Translations under genes and position numbers: made by a program
NCBI GenBank assembly: GCA_965261595.1
Contig: CBDHDG010000005.1
Span: 384,001 to 448,000, forward strand
DNA: 64,000 bases
DNA from: a bacterium
GTDB taxonomy: Bacteria; UBA8248; JACPRG01; G963555815
Direction: 5' to 3'
Notes under the pieces: model-generated
What the model was told of the DNA's origin: nothing
Seen by the model: the letters and a program-made list of their open reading frames with translations, nothing else
Databases searched by the model: none
Shown here: in pieces, positions 49,675 through 59,252 of the stretch
Position numbering within the stretch: position 1 is the stretch's first letter
Layout of the letters: every line of letters begins with the position of its first letter

Positions 49675-50001
49675 TTAACGCTTTTTCTTGGCCCACCAGG
49701 CGTCAATCCAGACCGCTCCGTCCTCCACCTTGATCGAATACGTCTGCAGCGTATGGCCGAACTCGTCCGCCGACCGGCCCGAATCCAGATGAAATCGGAG
49801 CGCGTGGTAAGGACATGCGACGGTCGTCCCGGCCAGCGCCCCGGCCCCGATGGGTCCGCCCATGTGTGGGCAGATGTTGTTGACGGCGTAGAATTTCCCG
49901 CCCGCCTTGAAGACGGCGACGGGTTTGCGGGCGGCGCTGATGATTCGGCCTTGCCCCTCGGGAAAGTCCTCGACCGCGCCGATCCGAACGAAGTTGGGCA
50001 T
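49675..50001 (-). CDS. Rieske [2Fe-2S] ferredoxin
   Basis: AAGGAGG RBS; CPHMGG...CPYH. Confidence 0.88.
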   Translation of the reverse strand: MPNFVRIGAVEDFPEGQGRIISAARKPVAVFKAGGKFYAVNNICPHMGGPIGAGALAGTTVACPYHALRFHLDSGRSADEFGHTLQTYSIKVEDGAVWIDAWWAKKKR

Positions 50002-50021
50002 CGCAGGGCCTCCTTCCGTCT

Positions 50022-51260
50022 CTAAGGGGGCATTCCCCCCGTGCGTTCCGCGACAAAAGATTCCGGTTCGGCGGGCTCGGCGCCGCGGGGTTTCAGGGTT
50101 TCCTTCATTTTGATGGCCATGAGCCCGACGATGAGCACCCCCGCCGCGTGCGTGGCGAACGTCCATTGATAGCCCACGTGGCTGATCGTCAGCCCGCTGA
50201 TGATGGGCCCGATGATAAATCCGACGTCGCCGGCCATGCGAAAGATCCCGATTCCGGCGCTTCGCACCCGGGCGGGCATCACGTCCGAGGCGATCACCGA
50301 AGGCGGAATCCCGCAAATTCCCGTCGTAACGCCGAAGAGCGCGCTGACCAGGATCAAACCGGAAAAGGTGTCCGTCCAGCCGAACGCCACAACGGCGAGG
50401 GCGGCCGCAAGATTCCCGCCGATCGCGACCGCCTTCCGGCTCCGGTCGACGGCCCAGCCCGCCGGCCAGAGGGTGAGCAGGTTCATGACCGTAATGAAGC
50501 TCAACAGCAGGCCGGTGGAGAGGGGATCCAGGCCGGCCGCGTCCCGTGCGTAAAGGGGCAGCGTGGTGTGTCGCGCGCCGGAGCGCAGAAAGAATATCGC
50601 CGCCGTCAGGAACAGGGCCATGACGTATTCAAAGTTTCCGAACAGACGCCGGATCTCGCGGCCTTGGCTCAGGAGTCCCACCCGTTTCGGGCCGCCGGGT
50701 TCGGCGGGGGAGATCCGCAGGACCGTCCAGGTCAAGATCGCGCTCAGGGCCGCCAGCCCGCCGTACGTGTAGAAAGGGAGCCTGAATCCGCCCACGCCCG
50801 CCAGCAGGCCGCCCACGACGGGGCCGATGGAAACGCCGGTGGAGAACGACGCGTGATAAAGGCTCATCGTTTTCCCCATTCGTTCGGGGGGCGTGATCCG
50901 AATGATGTAACTCATCGAGTTGGTGACGAAGAGGGAAGACCCCAGACCTTGCAAGGATTGGCCGACAATGAGCCATGAGAAGTCGGGCGCGGAGCCGGAG
51001 ATCAACGCCCCGCAGGCCACGAAGCCCGCGCCGGCGGCGCAGACCTTGCGCTCCCCCAGGCGCGAGCCGAGGAGGCCGCTGGGGAGGTTGGTGAGCAGGC
51101 GCACGGCCGGAAACAAGGCGATCAGGAATCCCACCGTCGTGTAGCTGACTTCGAAGCTCTCGGCGTACAGAGGCAGCACCGGGCCGACGAGCCCGAACCC
51201 CATCATGATGAACAGGTTGATTCCGGCCAACGCCCAGATGGGATAAGGGGTCTTCGTCAT
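50022..51260 (-). CDS. MFS transporter
   Basis: About 12 hydrophobic segments; GFGLVGPVLPLYA, G.LG.RLGER motif A variant, GP..GG. Confidence 0.9.
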   Translation of the reverse strand: MTKTPYPIWALAGINLFIMMGFGLVGPVLPLYAESFEVSYTTVGFLIALFPAVRLLTNLPSGLLGSRLGERKVCAAGAGFVACGALISGSAPDFSWLIVGQSLQGLGSSLFVTNSMSYIIRITPPERMGKTMSLYHASFSTGVSIGPVVGGLLAGVGGFRLPFYTYGGLAALSAILTWTVLRISPAEPGGPKRVGLLSQGREIRRLFGNFEYVMALFLTAAIFFLRSGARHTTLPLYARDAAGLDPLSTGLLLSFITVMNLLTLWPAGWAVDRSRKAVAIGGNLAAALAVVAFGWTDTFSGLILVSALFGVTTGICGIPPSVIASDVMPARVRSAGIGIFRMAGDVGFIIGPIISGLTISHVGYQWTFATHAAGVLIVGLMAIKMKETLKPRGAEPAEPESFVAERTGGMPP

Positions 51261-51386
51261 TCTTTGATCGATGTCCGTGAGGCAGATCCCCCCGTCCAAA
51301 CGGAAGAGGGGGATCGGGGGCGGCCGGATAACGCCTCTCCCCGTCCCCCTCCAAGGACAGGCAACCATTCTTGTCTGGGTTCGCGC

Positions 51387-53675
51387 TTACATCTTGTTCA
51401 AGGCCCGAAGCAGCTTGTCGGGGGTGATGGGCAGGTCCATGATCCGCGCGCCCACGGCATCGTAGACGGCGTTGGCGATGGCCGAAGCCGTTGGGGCCAG
51501 CACGGCCTCGCCGATGCCCTTCGCGCCGTAGGGCCCGGCCGGGTCCGGTTTTTCGATGAACCGGTGCTCGATGGTGGGGATGTCCAGGCTGTTGGGGATC
51601 AGGTAGTCCACGAGATCCGCGTTTTTGAGAACGCCCCCGTCGTACACCATCTCTTCGAGCAGGGCGTAGCCGATCCCCTGGGTCACTCCGCCATCGACCT
51701 GTCCTCCCAGGCCCCCGGGATGCATGATCTGTCCGATGTCGTGTGAGCAGATCATCCGGAGGATCTCGATCTCTCCGGTGTCTTCGTCCACCTCCACCTC
51801 GGCGATGTGGGTCACAAAGGCGTGTGTGGGGAAGCCGTGCAGCGCGGAGCCTTCGATGTTCTCCATCGCCGGGGGCGGGGGGTTGGGGGTGTAGGCGCCC
51901 TTGCCGATGATGGGGCCTTTCATGTGAATGTTGGCCGCTTTGGCCACATCGGCGTAGCTCAGTCCGCGATCCGGCGCCGAGGCGATGAATGCCCGCTCGT
52001 CGCCGGTGTTCAAGTCCTCCACGTTGGCCTCGAGCATCTCGGCCGCGCGCACAAGCAGCTCGTTGCGCGCGTCCTCCGAGGCCAGGCGCACGGCGTGGCC
52101 CACGTTGAACGTGATTCGGCTGGCCGCCGTGATGTTTTCATACGGCGTCCCGTCGGTGTCGGCGGTGACCATTCGGATTTTCTCGTACGGGACGCCGAGG
52201 GTCTCCGCGGCGACCTGGGCCGCGATGGTGTACTCGCCGGGGCCGATCTCGATCACCCCGCTCAGGACCTGGGCCGAGCCGTCGGGCATGATCTTCACAA
52301 TCGCCGAGGACCCCATGCCGCCCGATGGATGGGAGCCGCACGCGAGCCCGATTCCCCGCTTTTTCCCGTTGGACGGCTTGGCGGCCGCCTTTCCCCAATC
52401 GACGGCCTCGGCGGCGCTTTCCAGGGTTTCCCGGAGGTTGACTTCCGGGTACCCTTGGCCGTTGACCATGGGGTCGCCGTCGCCCATGCCGTTTTTGTAT
52501 CTCAGCTCGAGGGGGTCGATGCCCAAGGTCCGGGAAAGGATGTCCATCTGGGACTCGACGGCCCAGTTCGCCTGGGGGTTGCCATATCCGCGGAACGCCC
52601 CGCTGATCGTCTTGTTGGTGTAGACCAGGCGGCCCTCGATGTTGACGTGCGGCGTTTTGTAGGGCCCCCGGGAGTGGAAGCAGGACATCGCCAGGATGGA
52701 GGGCCCGTGGTCGGCGTAGGCCCCCGTGTCCATGATCATCCGGAAGTCCCAGGCCGTCAGGGTCCCGTCCTTCTTCACGCCGGATTTGATGTCGACGATG
52801 GAGGGATGACGCTGGAAGGTCGTCTCCATGTCCTCTTCCCGGCTGAGGGTGATGCGGACCGGCTTGCGCGCCTTGTACGCCATCGCGGCGGCGTAATGCT
52901 CGACCCTCGGCTTCTTTCCGCCGAAGCCGCCCCCGACCGTCGAGCCGATGACCCGGATCCGGCTCAGCGGCATGTCGAGCAGCTTTCCGATGACCTCCTG
53001 GACCTTGAAGACAGACTGGGTGGTCAGCCAGACGGACATGCTTCCCGAGGCGTCGTATTCCGCCAGGGCCGAGTGGGTTTCGAGGTAGGCCGGGTGATGC
53101 GGGTGCGTCGTGAAGTGGTTTTCGATGATTTCATCCGCTTCTTTGAATCCAACGTCCAGGTCCCCGTGGTGGAACCGCGTTTTGCAGGCCTGGTTGCCCT
53201 GCCGATGCCTGACGTCGAAAATCGCCTTGGTCGAGCCGAAATCCTCGTGGATGATCGGCGCGTCCGGGCGAAGGGCTTCTTCGGGATCGAAGACGGCCGG
53301 CAGCTCTTCGTATTCCACCCGGATCAATTCCAGGGCCTCTTGGGCGACATCGTTGTCGATGGCCGCCACGGCGGCCACCTCGTCGCCGGTGTACCGGACT
53401 TTGTCCCGGACGAAGAGGGTCTCATCGAAGATCCACTGGCCGAAATGGATGTTGGGAAAGTCTTTCCCCGTCACGACCAGCTTCACCCCTTTGACCTTCT
53501 CGGCCTGGGAGGTGTCGATATTCAGGATTCGCGCGTGGGCGTGGGGACTTCTGAGAATCCGGCCTGTGAGGCAGCCGGGAACGGCCCGGTCGTCGGCGTA
53601 CTTGGAATCGCCGGTGACCTTCGGCTTGCTGTCGATTCGAGGCACGTTTTTGCCCAATACCGCGTATTCACTCAT
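51387..53675 (-). CDS. Xanthine dehydrogenase family molybdopterin-binding large subunit (stand-alone)
   Basis: RSPHAHARI, GGGFGGK, AFRGYG, ASR, GQVDGG, KGIGE. Confidence 0.93.
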   Translation of the reverse strand: MSEYAVLGKNVPRIDSKPKVTGDSKYADDRAVPGCLTGRILRSPHAHARILNIDTSQAEKVKGVKLVVTGKDFPNIHFGQWIFDETLFVRDKVRYTGDEVAAVAAIDNDVAQEALELIRVEYEELPAVFDPEEALRPDAPIIHEDFGSTKAIFDVRHRQGNQACKTRFHHGDLDVGFKEADEIIENHFTTHPHHPAYLETHSALAEYDASGSMSVWLTTQSVFKVQEVIGKLLDMPLSRIRVIGSTVGGGFGGKKPRVEHYAAAMAYKARKPVRITLSREEDMETTFQRHPSIVDIKSGVKKDGTLTAWDFRMIMDTGAYADHGPSILAMSCFHSRGPYKTPHVNIEGRLVYTNKTISGAFRGYGNPQANWAVESQMDILSRTLGIDPLELRYKNGMGDGDPMVNGQGYPEVNLRETLESAAEAVDWGKAAAKPSNGKKRGIGLACGSHPSGGMGSSAIVKIMPDGSAQVLSGVIEIGPGEYTIAAQVAAETLGVPYEKIRMVTADTDGTPYENITAASRITFNVGHAVRLASEDARNELLVRAAEMLEANVEDLNTGDERAFIASAPDRGLSYADVAKAANIHMKGPIIGKGAYTPNPPPPAMENIEGSALHGFPTHAFVTHIAEVEVDEDTGEIEILRMICSHDIGQIMHPGGLGGQVDGGVTQGIGYALLEEMVYDGGVLKNADLVDYLIPNSLDIPTIEHRFIEKPDPAGPYGAKGIGEAVLAPTASAIANAVYDAVGARIMDLPITPDKLLRALNKM

Positions 53676-53939
53676 TTTGTTTGCTCCAAAGGAATATGGG
53701 AAAACATAATCTGTATTATAGCCGCCAATGGGGCGGAGGGCCACCTCCGGATTATCCCCGTTCGGGGGGAGGAGGTCCGGCGGGACGATGGATGCGGCTT
53801 TCTGCTAAAATATCATGCGACGTTCGACGAAATCCCGGCCCGGGGCCGGACCCCGCGTCGGGTTCTCCGGGTCTCGGAATCTCTCCCCGGTAGAAGCAGG
53901 ATGGAGGCGCCCGTGAATACCGGGGAAGAAAAGCGCGCG

Positions 53940-54937
53940 ATGAAAACAGCCTTGAAGATCGTCGTCGGGACCGTTGTCCTGGCCGTCGCCATGTCACTGC
54001 TCCCGGGCCTTGGGGACGCGCGAAAATTGAAAAAGGTCGGTCTGATCGTTCCGGGGCCGATCGGCAACAATGGTTGGAGCGCGGCCGGGTACCGGGCGCT
54101 CCGGAAAGCGGCCAAGAAATATGGATTTCAGGCCAGCCATCAGGAGAATGTGAATCCGCCCAAAGCCGAAGGGGCCCTGCGAAAATTCGCCGAGGCCGGG
54201 TATGACCTGGTCTACGCCCATATGTTCGTATACTCGGAGGCCGCGGCCCGGGTGGCGAAGGCCTTTCCCAAGACAAAATTCGTGGTCATCCATGGGACCG
54301 TCCGGAACAAGACCAATCTCGTCTCCTATCAAACAATGACCCAGGGCGGCGGATTCATGGCCGGCGCGCTGGCGGCGCTGGTTTCCAAGACCGGCAAGAT
54401 CGGCGCCCTCGGGGGACGGCCGATCCCGCCCATCGCGGACGCCATCGCCGGGTACGTGGCCGGGGCCAAGCATGTGCGGCCCGGCGTCAAGCTCGTGGTC
54501 GAATACACCGGCGATTTCCATGACAAGTCCCTCGCCCGCAAGAAGGCCCTGGCGATGATCCGGGGGGGGTGGACGTGCTTGTTCAGGAAGTCCCGCCCGC
54601 GGGCGTGGCCGCCCTCAAGGCCGCCCAGGAGAAAGGGGTGCTCGCCATCGGCTTCATTCGGGACCAGCACGCCATCGCCCCCAAGGCGGTCCTTTCGAGC
54701 GTCCAGATCGACTTCAACCAGGTCTACGACAGGATCGCGGCCATGGCGAACGGTGGAAAGTGGAAAGGCGGTTTTCTCCGGATGGATCTCTCCCAAAGCG
54801 CCGTCGGACTGGCGCCTTATCACGGCCTGGCCGATCGGGTGACGCCGAAGATGCAGGCCAGACTGGATCAGATCCGGGCCGACCTGATCTCCGGCAAGAT
54901 CAAGGCCCCCGTCGCCAAGCTGCGGAAAAAAAAGTAG
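53940..54937 (+). pseudogene. BMP family (purine nucleoside-type) substrate-binding protein, frameshifted in a G8 run at 54562-54569
   Basis: Signal peptide, GPI.NNGW, SKTGKIG.LGG, YTGDF.D; continues as G(V)DV..GVLAIG...DQ in ORF 54569-54937 if one G is added. Confidence 0.82.
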
Positions 54938-54977
54938 GTTTTCCTCTCCGCCGCGAAACCATTCCGGGAAACGCGGT

Positions 54978-55496
54978 CTAATCCCCCAATTCCACCCCGA
55001 CATCCTCCCCGTTCACCTTGTATGTGCTCTTCACCGGGACGGCCGTCTGGACCATGTTTTCGGCGAAGCAGCCCCGTTTCGCGTTCCGGATGAGCTTGAG
55101 CAGACTCTCCCGCGCTTCGTCCGACTCCAGCTCGAAGTGCGTGCGCACCTCGCTGAATCCGCTATAAACCGTCCCCTTGAGGACGGAGCCTCCCAGGAAG
55201 ATGTCCGACTCGACGCGCACCTTCACCGACCTGACTTCGAGCTTCATCATAGAAGCGTACCGCTTCACCTGGGTGAGCAGTCACTGGCCGATTCCGGCGG
55301 TGAGGTAGGTCAGGGGCTGGGGATGGTTGTTGTCCCCGCCCAGGCGGGGCGGCTCGTCGGAGTGCCAGGTGAAATTGTCCCGGGTGGCCCGGTGGAGTTG
55401 CTTGCTCTCGTTCTCGCACTCGACGACAATCGTGCTTCGCATGGCCTCTTTCGGCAGCTCCTCGCCGAAGGTGCTTTGTGGGATGTCCGGTGGCAT
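54978..55496 (-). CDS. OsmC-related selenoprotein (UGA at codon 72 read as Sec), 172 aa
   Basis: ORFs 55281-55496 and 54978-55268 are in the same frame; the UGA aligns with the first catalytic Cys (SDEP..LGG...P.PL.Y....GQ-U-LLTQ); second Cys in GCFAE; hairpin downstream. Confidence 0.85.
55252..55283 (-). promoter_or_regulatory. Putative bacterial SECIS element
   Basis: mRNA UGA-CUGCUCACCCAGGU-GAAGCG-GUA-CGCUUC: perfect 6-bp stem with a GU-starting loop 21 nt after the UGA. Confidence 0.7.
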
Positions 55497-55642
55497 GGCG
55501 GATTTTCCTCTCTGAAAGAATGATGGGTATTGACCGGCGTCACCCGGTGGATGGCGTGTTCCGCTTAGGATTGCATTTTCCCTCTTTCATGCGCAACGCT
55601 TTTGGGCGGCGATTCTCCCGCGGGCCGCGCGGTCCGGCGTAA

Positions 55643-55671
55643 TTGACAGCCCGCCGATCACTGGATACCAT
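55643..55671 (+). promoter_or_regulatory. Putative sigma70 promoter for the cyclase gene
   Basis: TTGACA-17 bp-TACCAT. Confidence 0.6.
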
Positions 55672-55756
55672 CCCTCCGGTGGCGTTGCCTCGGGCCTCGG
55701 CGGCCGATGGGGCGGGAGCGCGGGCTTCAGTCGAGCCGAAACGTGGAGGTGGAACG

Positions 55757-56446
55757 ATGAGCGAGTGGGTGGATCTTTCGTTGACGCTGGGCGGACCGCG
55801 GATGTCCGTTGTTCCCGGCCATCCCGAGGTGACGTTCGAGCCCATCAACACCCACAAAGAGCACTTCCGCTCGAATACGTACATGAAGATGAGCATCCAC
55901 TGCGGCACCCACGTGGATTGCCCCCGGCACTTCGTGGACGGGGGGACGACCATCGATGAGATGCCGATCGAGCGCTACATGGGCCCGGGCGTCCTGGCGG
56001 ATTTGCGGGGCAAGGTGGGCGAGAATGAGCCCGTGACGCTGGAGATCCTGAAACCCTTCCATTGGACGCCGGAGCGCATCCGGGACAAGATCGTCGTCCT
56101 CTACTCCGGCTGGGTGGAGCAGGAGTTCGGGACGGAGCGGTCTTACGTGGACAACCCCTACATGTCGGTCGAGGTGGCCGAATACCTCGTGGGGGCCGAG
56201 GTCCGGGCCATCGCTGTGGACTTCACCGTCGACAAGCTCCCCCCGGGCCAGCCGCCCCGGGACGGTGACTGCCCCATCCACCGCATCGTCCTCCCGAAGA
56301 TGATCCCCCTCATCGAGAACCTCATCAATCTGGACAAGCTGGTCGGGAAGGAATTCGAGCTCTACGCCCTGCCGCTCAAGATCCACCAGGGAGACGGCGC
56401 CGCCACGCGCGCGGTCGCCAGGATCCTGGGAGACGCGAAAGCGTAA
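55757..56446 (+). CDS. Cyclase family protein (kynurenine formamidase KynB-like)
   Basis: GGAGGT RBS; HCGTHVDCPRH, H..L, IENL, LPLK...DGA..RA. Confidence 0.92.
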   Translation: MSEWVDLSLTLGGPRMSVVPGHPEVTFEPINTHKEHFRSNTYMKMSIHCGTHVDCPRHFVDGGTTIDEMPIERYMGPGVLADLRGKVGENEPVTLEILKPFHWTPERIRDKIVVLYSGWVEQEFGTERSYVDNPYMSVEVAEYLVGAEVRAIAVDFTVDKLPPGQPPRDGDCPIHRIVLPKMIPLIENLINLDKLVGKEFELYALPLKIHQGDGAATRAVARILGDAKA

Positions 56447-56557
56447 CGGGCGATTCGGACCCCCGCGTCCCACCGCTTGGGTCCCCCCCCCGGGCGCCTG
56501 ACGGTCGGAGCGCTCCGAGGGCGCAGGCTCGCGCACCCGCACGCCGCGTCCGCGCGC

Positions 56558-57757
56558 TCAGTGCAGCCGCCCCGTGAACCGATGCCAGGCGTGGAGAAGG
56601 AGGTCCCGGTTGTTTTTTCTCCAGCACCGCAGGGTGTGAAAGCCTTCGTGCTGAATGCAGATGTTGCACGACGTGCACGCCACCGCACCCCTCCTTCCCT
56701 GCTGGATCTGCCGGACGAGGTCGGGCTCCCGGATGAGCGGCCGGGCGAGGGAGATGAAGTCCGCGACGCCTTCGGCGACGATGGACTCCATCCTCTCCAC
56801 CGTTCGCAGCCCCCCCACGAGGATGATCGGGCAATGGACGGCCTCCCGGAGGCGGCGGGCCTCTTCCAGGAAAAGGACCTCCGGCTTCGGGGCCGCGAAG
56901 AGGCGGTGGAGCAGCTTGTCTTCCAGGGCGCGCCTTCGGCTGAGGCCCACGTATTGGGTGGCGCTCTCCATCCTGCGGGAAGTCAGGCCCGCCGTGACCT
57001 CGATGGCGTCCACGCCCAGCGCTTCGAGCCGGACGGCGGTTTCCAGGCCCTCTTCCAGCGTCAGGCCCCCGGGAACGAAGTCCCGCATCCCCAGTTTCAC
57101 CGTCAAAGGGAAGTCCTCGCCCACGGCCTTGCGCATCGCCCGGACCACCTCCAGCAAGAGCCGCCGGCGGTTTTCGGGCGAGCCGCCCCATCTGTCTTCT
57201 CTGCGGTTGGAGTAGGGGGACGAAAACTGGGTGAGCATGTACCCGTGACCGGCGTGAAGGTGGACGCCGTCGAAGCCCGCCGCCCGGACCCGCCCGGCCG
57301 CTTGGCCGAAGGCGTCGATGATCTCCGCGATTTCCTCTTCGGCCGCTTCCTTGGGGGTCCGTCCATGCTGCGCGTTGGGAACGATGGAAGGTGCGATCGG
57401 GTCGACCGCGGGGTCCCGGCTCTGGCTCCCCGCGTGGTTCAATTGGGCGAAGAACCGGGAGCCCTCGGCTTGGACCTCCGCCGTGAGGGATTTGAACGGC
57501 TCGATGTGCTCGTCCCTGGAAAGGCCGGTCATGTCCGGTGTGTAGCGGCCCCGCGGGTGAACATAGATGTGACCCGTGAATTGCAGACCCACCCCGGCCC
57601 GGGCCAATGTGAGATGAAGGTCCCGGTAGGCCGGCGTGATGAAGCCGTCGGTGTCGGCCATGCACTCGGAGGTGGCGGAGCGGATGAAGCGGTTGCGGGT
57701 CTCTACGCGGGCGATGCTGCCCTGCCGGAACAGGGCCGGTTGATGGGCGTCGGCCAT
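56558..57757 (-). CDS. NADH:flavin oxidoreductase (old yellow enzyme family)
   Basis: NRFIRSAT, QLNHAG, AGFDGVHLHAGHGY, NRREDRWGGS, ARPLIREP, CTSCNIC. Confidence 0.92.
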   Translation of the reverse strand: MADAHQPALFRQGSIARVETRNRFIRSATSECMADTDGFITPAYRDLHLTLARAGVGLQFTGHIYVHPRGRYTPDMTGLSRDEHIEPFKSLTAEVQAEGSRFFAQLNHAGSQSRDPAVDPIAPSIVPNAQHGRTPKEAAEEEIAEIIDAFGQAAGRVRAAGFDGVHLHAGHGYMLTQFSSPYSNRREDRWGGSPENRRRLLLEVVRAMRKAVGEDFPLTVKLGMRDFVPGGLTLEEGLETAVRLEALGVDAIEVTAGLTSRRMESATQYVGLSRRRALEDKLLHRLFAAPKPEVLFLEEARRLREAVHCPIILVGGLRTVERMESIVAEGVADFISLARPLIREPDLVRQIQQGRRGAVACTSCNICIQHEGFHTLRCWRKNNRDLLLHAWHRFTGRLH

Positions 57758-57894
57758 GGCGGGGGTTTCCTTTTCCCAGGGTTTCCCGCTTGTAGGCATT
57801 GATTCGCCTCGGCGGTCGGAAAGGAGGGTACCCGCTGGATGAAATCAAGTCAACCGTCGGCGTCCCGGCCGGGCCTGGTTCTCTTGTGGTTCTC

Positions 57895-57923
57895 TTGACA
57901 CCCCATCGGGTTTCACGTTTAAT
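57895..57923 (+). promoter_or_regulatory. Putative sigma70 promoter for the SBP-XDH cluster
   Basis: TTGACA-17 bp-TTTAAT. Confidence 0.6.
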
Positions 57924-58075
57924 GGACTCAGTTTCCAGACGGATTCCTTGTCGAATGAATGGGTGTTGGCCGCCTGGCTGAAGAAAACCGCTCATCGAGA
58001 ACCGCTCGCCGATGAAGTGTAGAGGCGGACTGGGGGGGGTCCGGATCACCACGTTTTCAGGAATGGAGGGCAGAG

Positions 58076-59095
58076 ATGAAGTTCGTCAAGTTTTTGTGGA
58101 TCGGGTTGCTCGCACTCTCCTTCGCCGTTGGCCTGCCGGTTTCGGCGAACGCCCAGATGAAAGACGTCGTTTTCTGCTTGGGCTGGGTTCCCTATGGCAA
58201 GCACGTCGGATTCTACGCGGCGGTGGGGAAGGGGTTCTATAAGAAGGAAGGCCTCAACGTCAAAATCATCCGCGGCGTGAGCGGCATGGACAACGCCAAG
58301 CGGGTCTCGACGGGGAGCTGCATGGTGGCGTCGGGCGGGCTGGATACGCTCGTCATCGCCCGCTCCGAGGGCTTCAAAGTGCGCGCCATCGGCGTCTGGC
58401 ACACCAAGAGCATGCACGTCATCTACGCCCGCAAGGACCGGGGGATCAATTCCGTCAAGGACCTGGAGGGCAAGAGCATCGCCACCGTCGCCAAGGAAGA
58501 CGGCCAGGTCCTCTTTCCGGCCTTCGCGAAGGCGGCCGGGGTGGACGCCTCCAAGGTGAAATTCGTGGCGATGGATTGGGCCTCGAAGATCCCGAGCGTC
58601 ATATCGGGGAGCGTCGACGCCCTGCTCACGTTCGTCACGGTCCGGCCCAATGTCCTCAAGGTCGCCAAGAAGAACAACGTGGGGATCACCGAGATCATCT
58701 ATGCCGAGCACGGCCTGGATCTGTATTCCAACGGATTCCTCGCGACTGAAAAGAGGATCAACACCGAGGGAGGATTCCTCCGGCGGTTCATGCGCGCTTC
58801 GCTGAAGGGACTGGCCTACGGGGTGGAGAACCCCAAGGAGAGCACGGCCATTTTCAGCAAGCTCAAGCCCGAGATCAACCCGGCGCTGGCCAAGGAGCAC
58901 TGGCGGATCGCGGTGAATCACATGATCACGCCGGACACCGAGATGAACGGCCTGGGCCACATCGCGTACGGGAAAATGAAGTTCACCCGGGACGTCGTCG
59001 CGGAGGCCCGGAACATCAAGAACATCGAACCGGTCCGGAGCTACTACACCAACGAGTTCCTGACGCCCATCTTCCCGAAACGGCCGGGGATGTAA
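58076..59095 (+). CDS. ABC transporter substrate-binding protein, NMT1/THI5-like
   Basis: Signal peptide; LGW.P...H.GFY.A..KGFY..EGL.V, KDLEGK, YTNEF. Confidence 0.88.
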   Translation: MKFVKFLWIGLLALSFAVGLPVSANAQMKDVVFCLGWVPYGKHVGFYAAVGKGFYKKEGLNVKIIRGVSGMDNAKRVSTGSCMVASGGLDTLVIARSEGFKVRAIGVWHTKSMHVIYARKDRGINSVKDLEGKSIATVAKEDGQVLFPAFAKAAGVDASKVKFVAMDWASKIPSVISGSVDALLTFVTVRPNVLKVAKKNNVGITEIIYAEHGLDLYSNGFLATEKRINTEGGFLRRFMRASLKGLAYGVENPKESTAIFSKLKPEINPALAKEHWRIAVNHMITPDTEMNGLGHIAYGKMKFTRDVVAEARNIKNIEPVRSYYTNEFLTPIFPKRPGM

Positions 59096-59252
59096 GGCCC
59101 GGACTCACCTGGAAGATACGGATTCCCGCGAAGAGACGCGCGCCGCAAGCGCGCGTGAATACTGGAAGGGAGAGGGTCCCGCGAGGCCCCGGAAACGGGG
59201 GCCCGTGAGACTCCTCTCCCTTTCAGGCGTTCACCGATAGGGGAAAGGTTCA

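Noticed and set aside
57960..58040. TPP riboswitch-like GCTGAAGA...GAACC upstream of the THI5-like SBP
   Set aside because: Lacks the CTGAGA, CCTGAT and terminal AGGGA elements.
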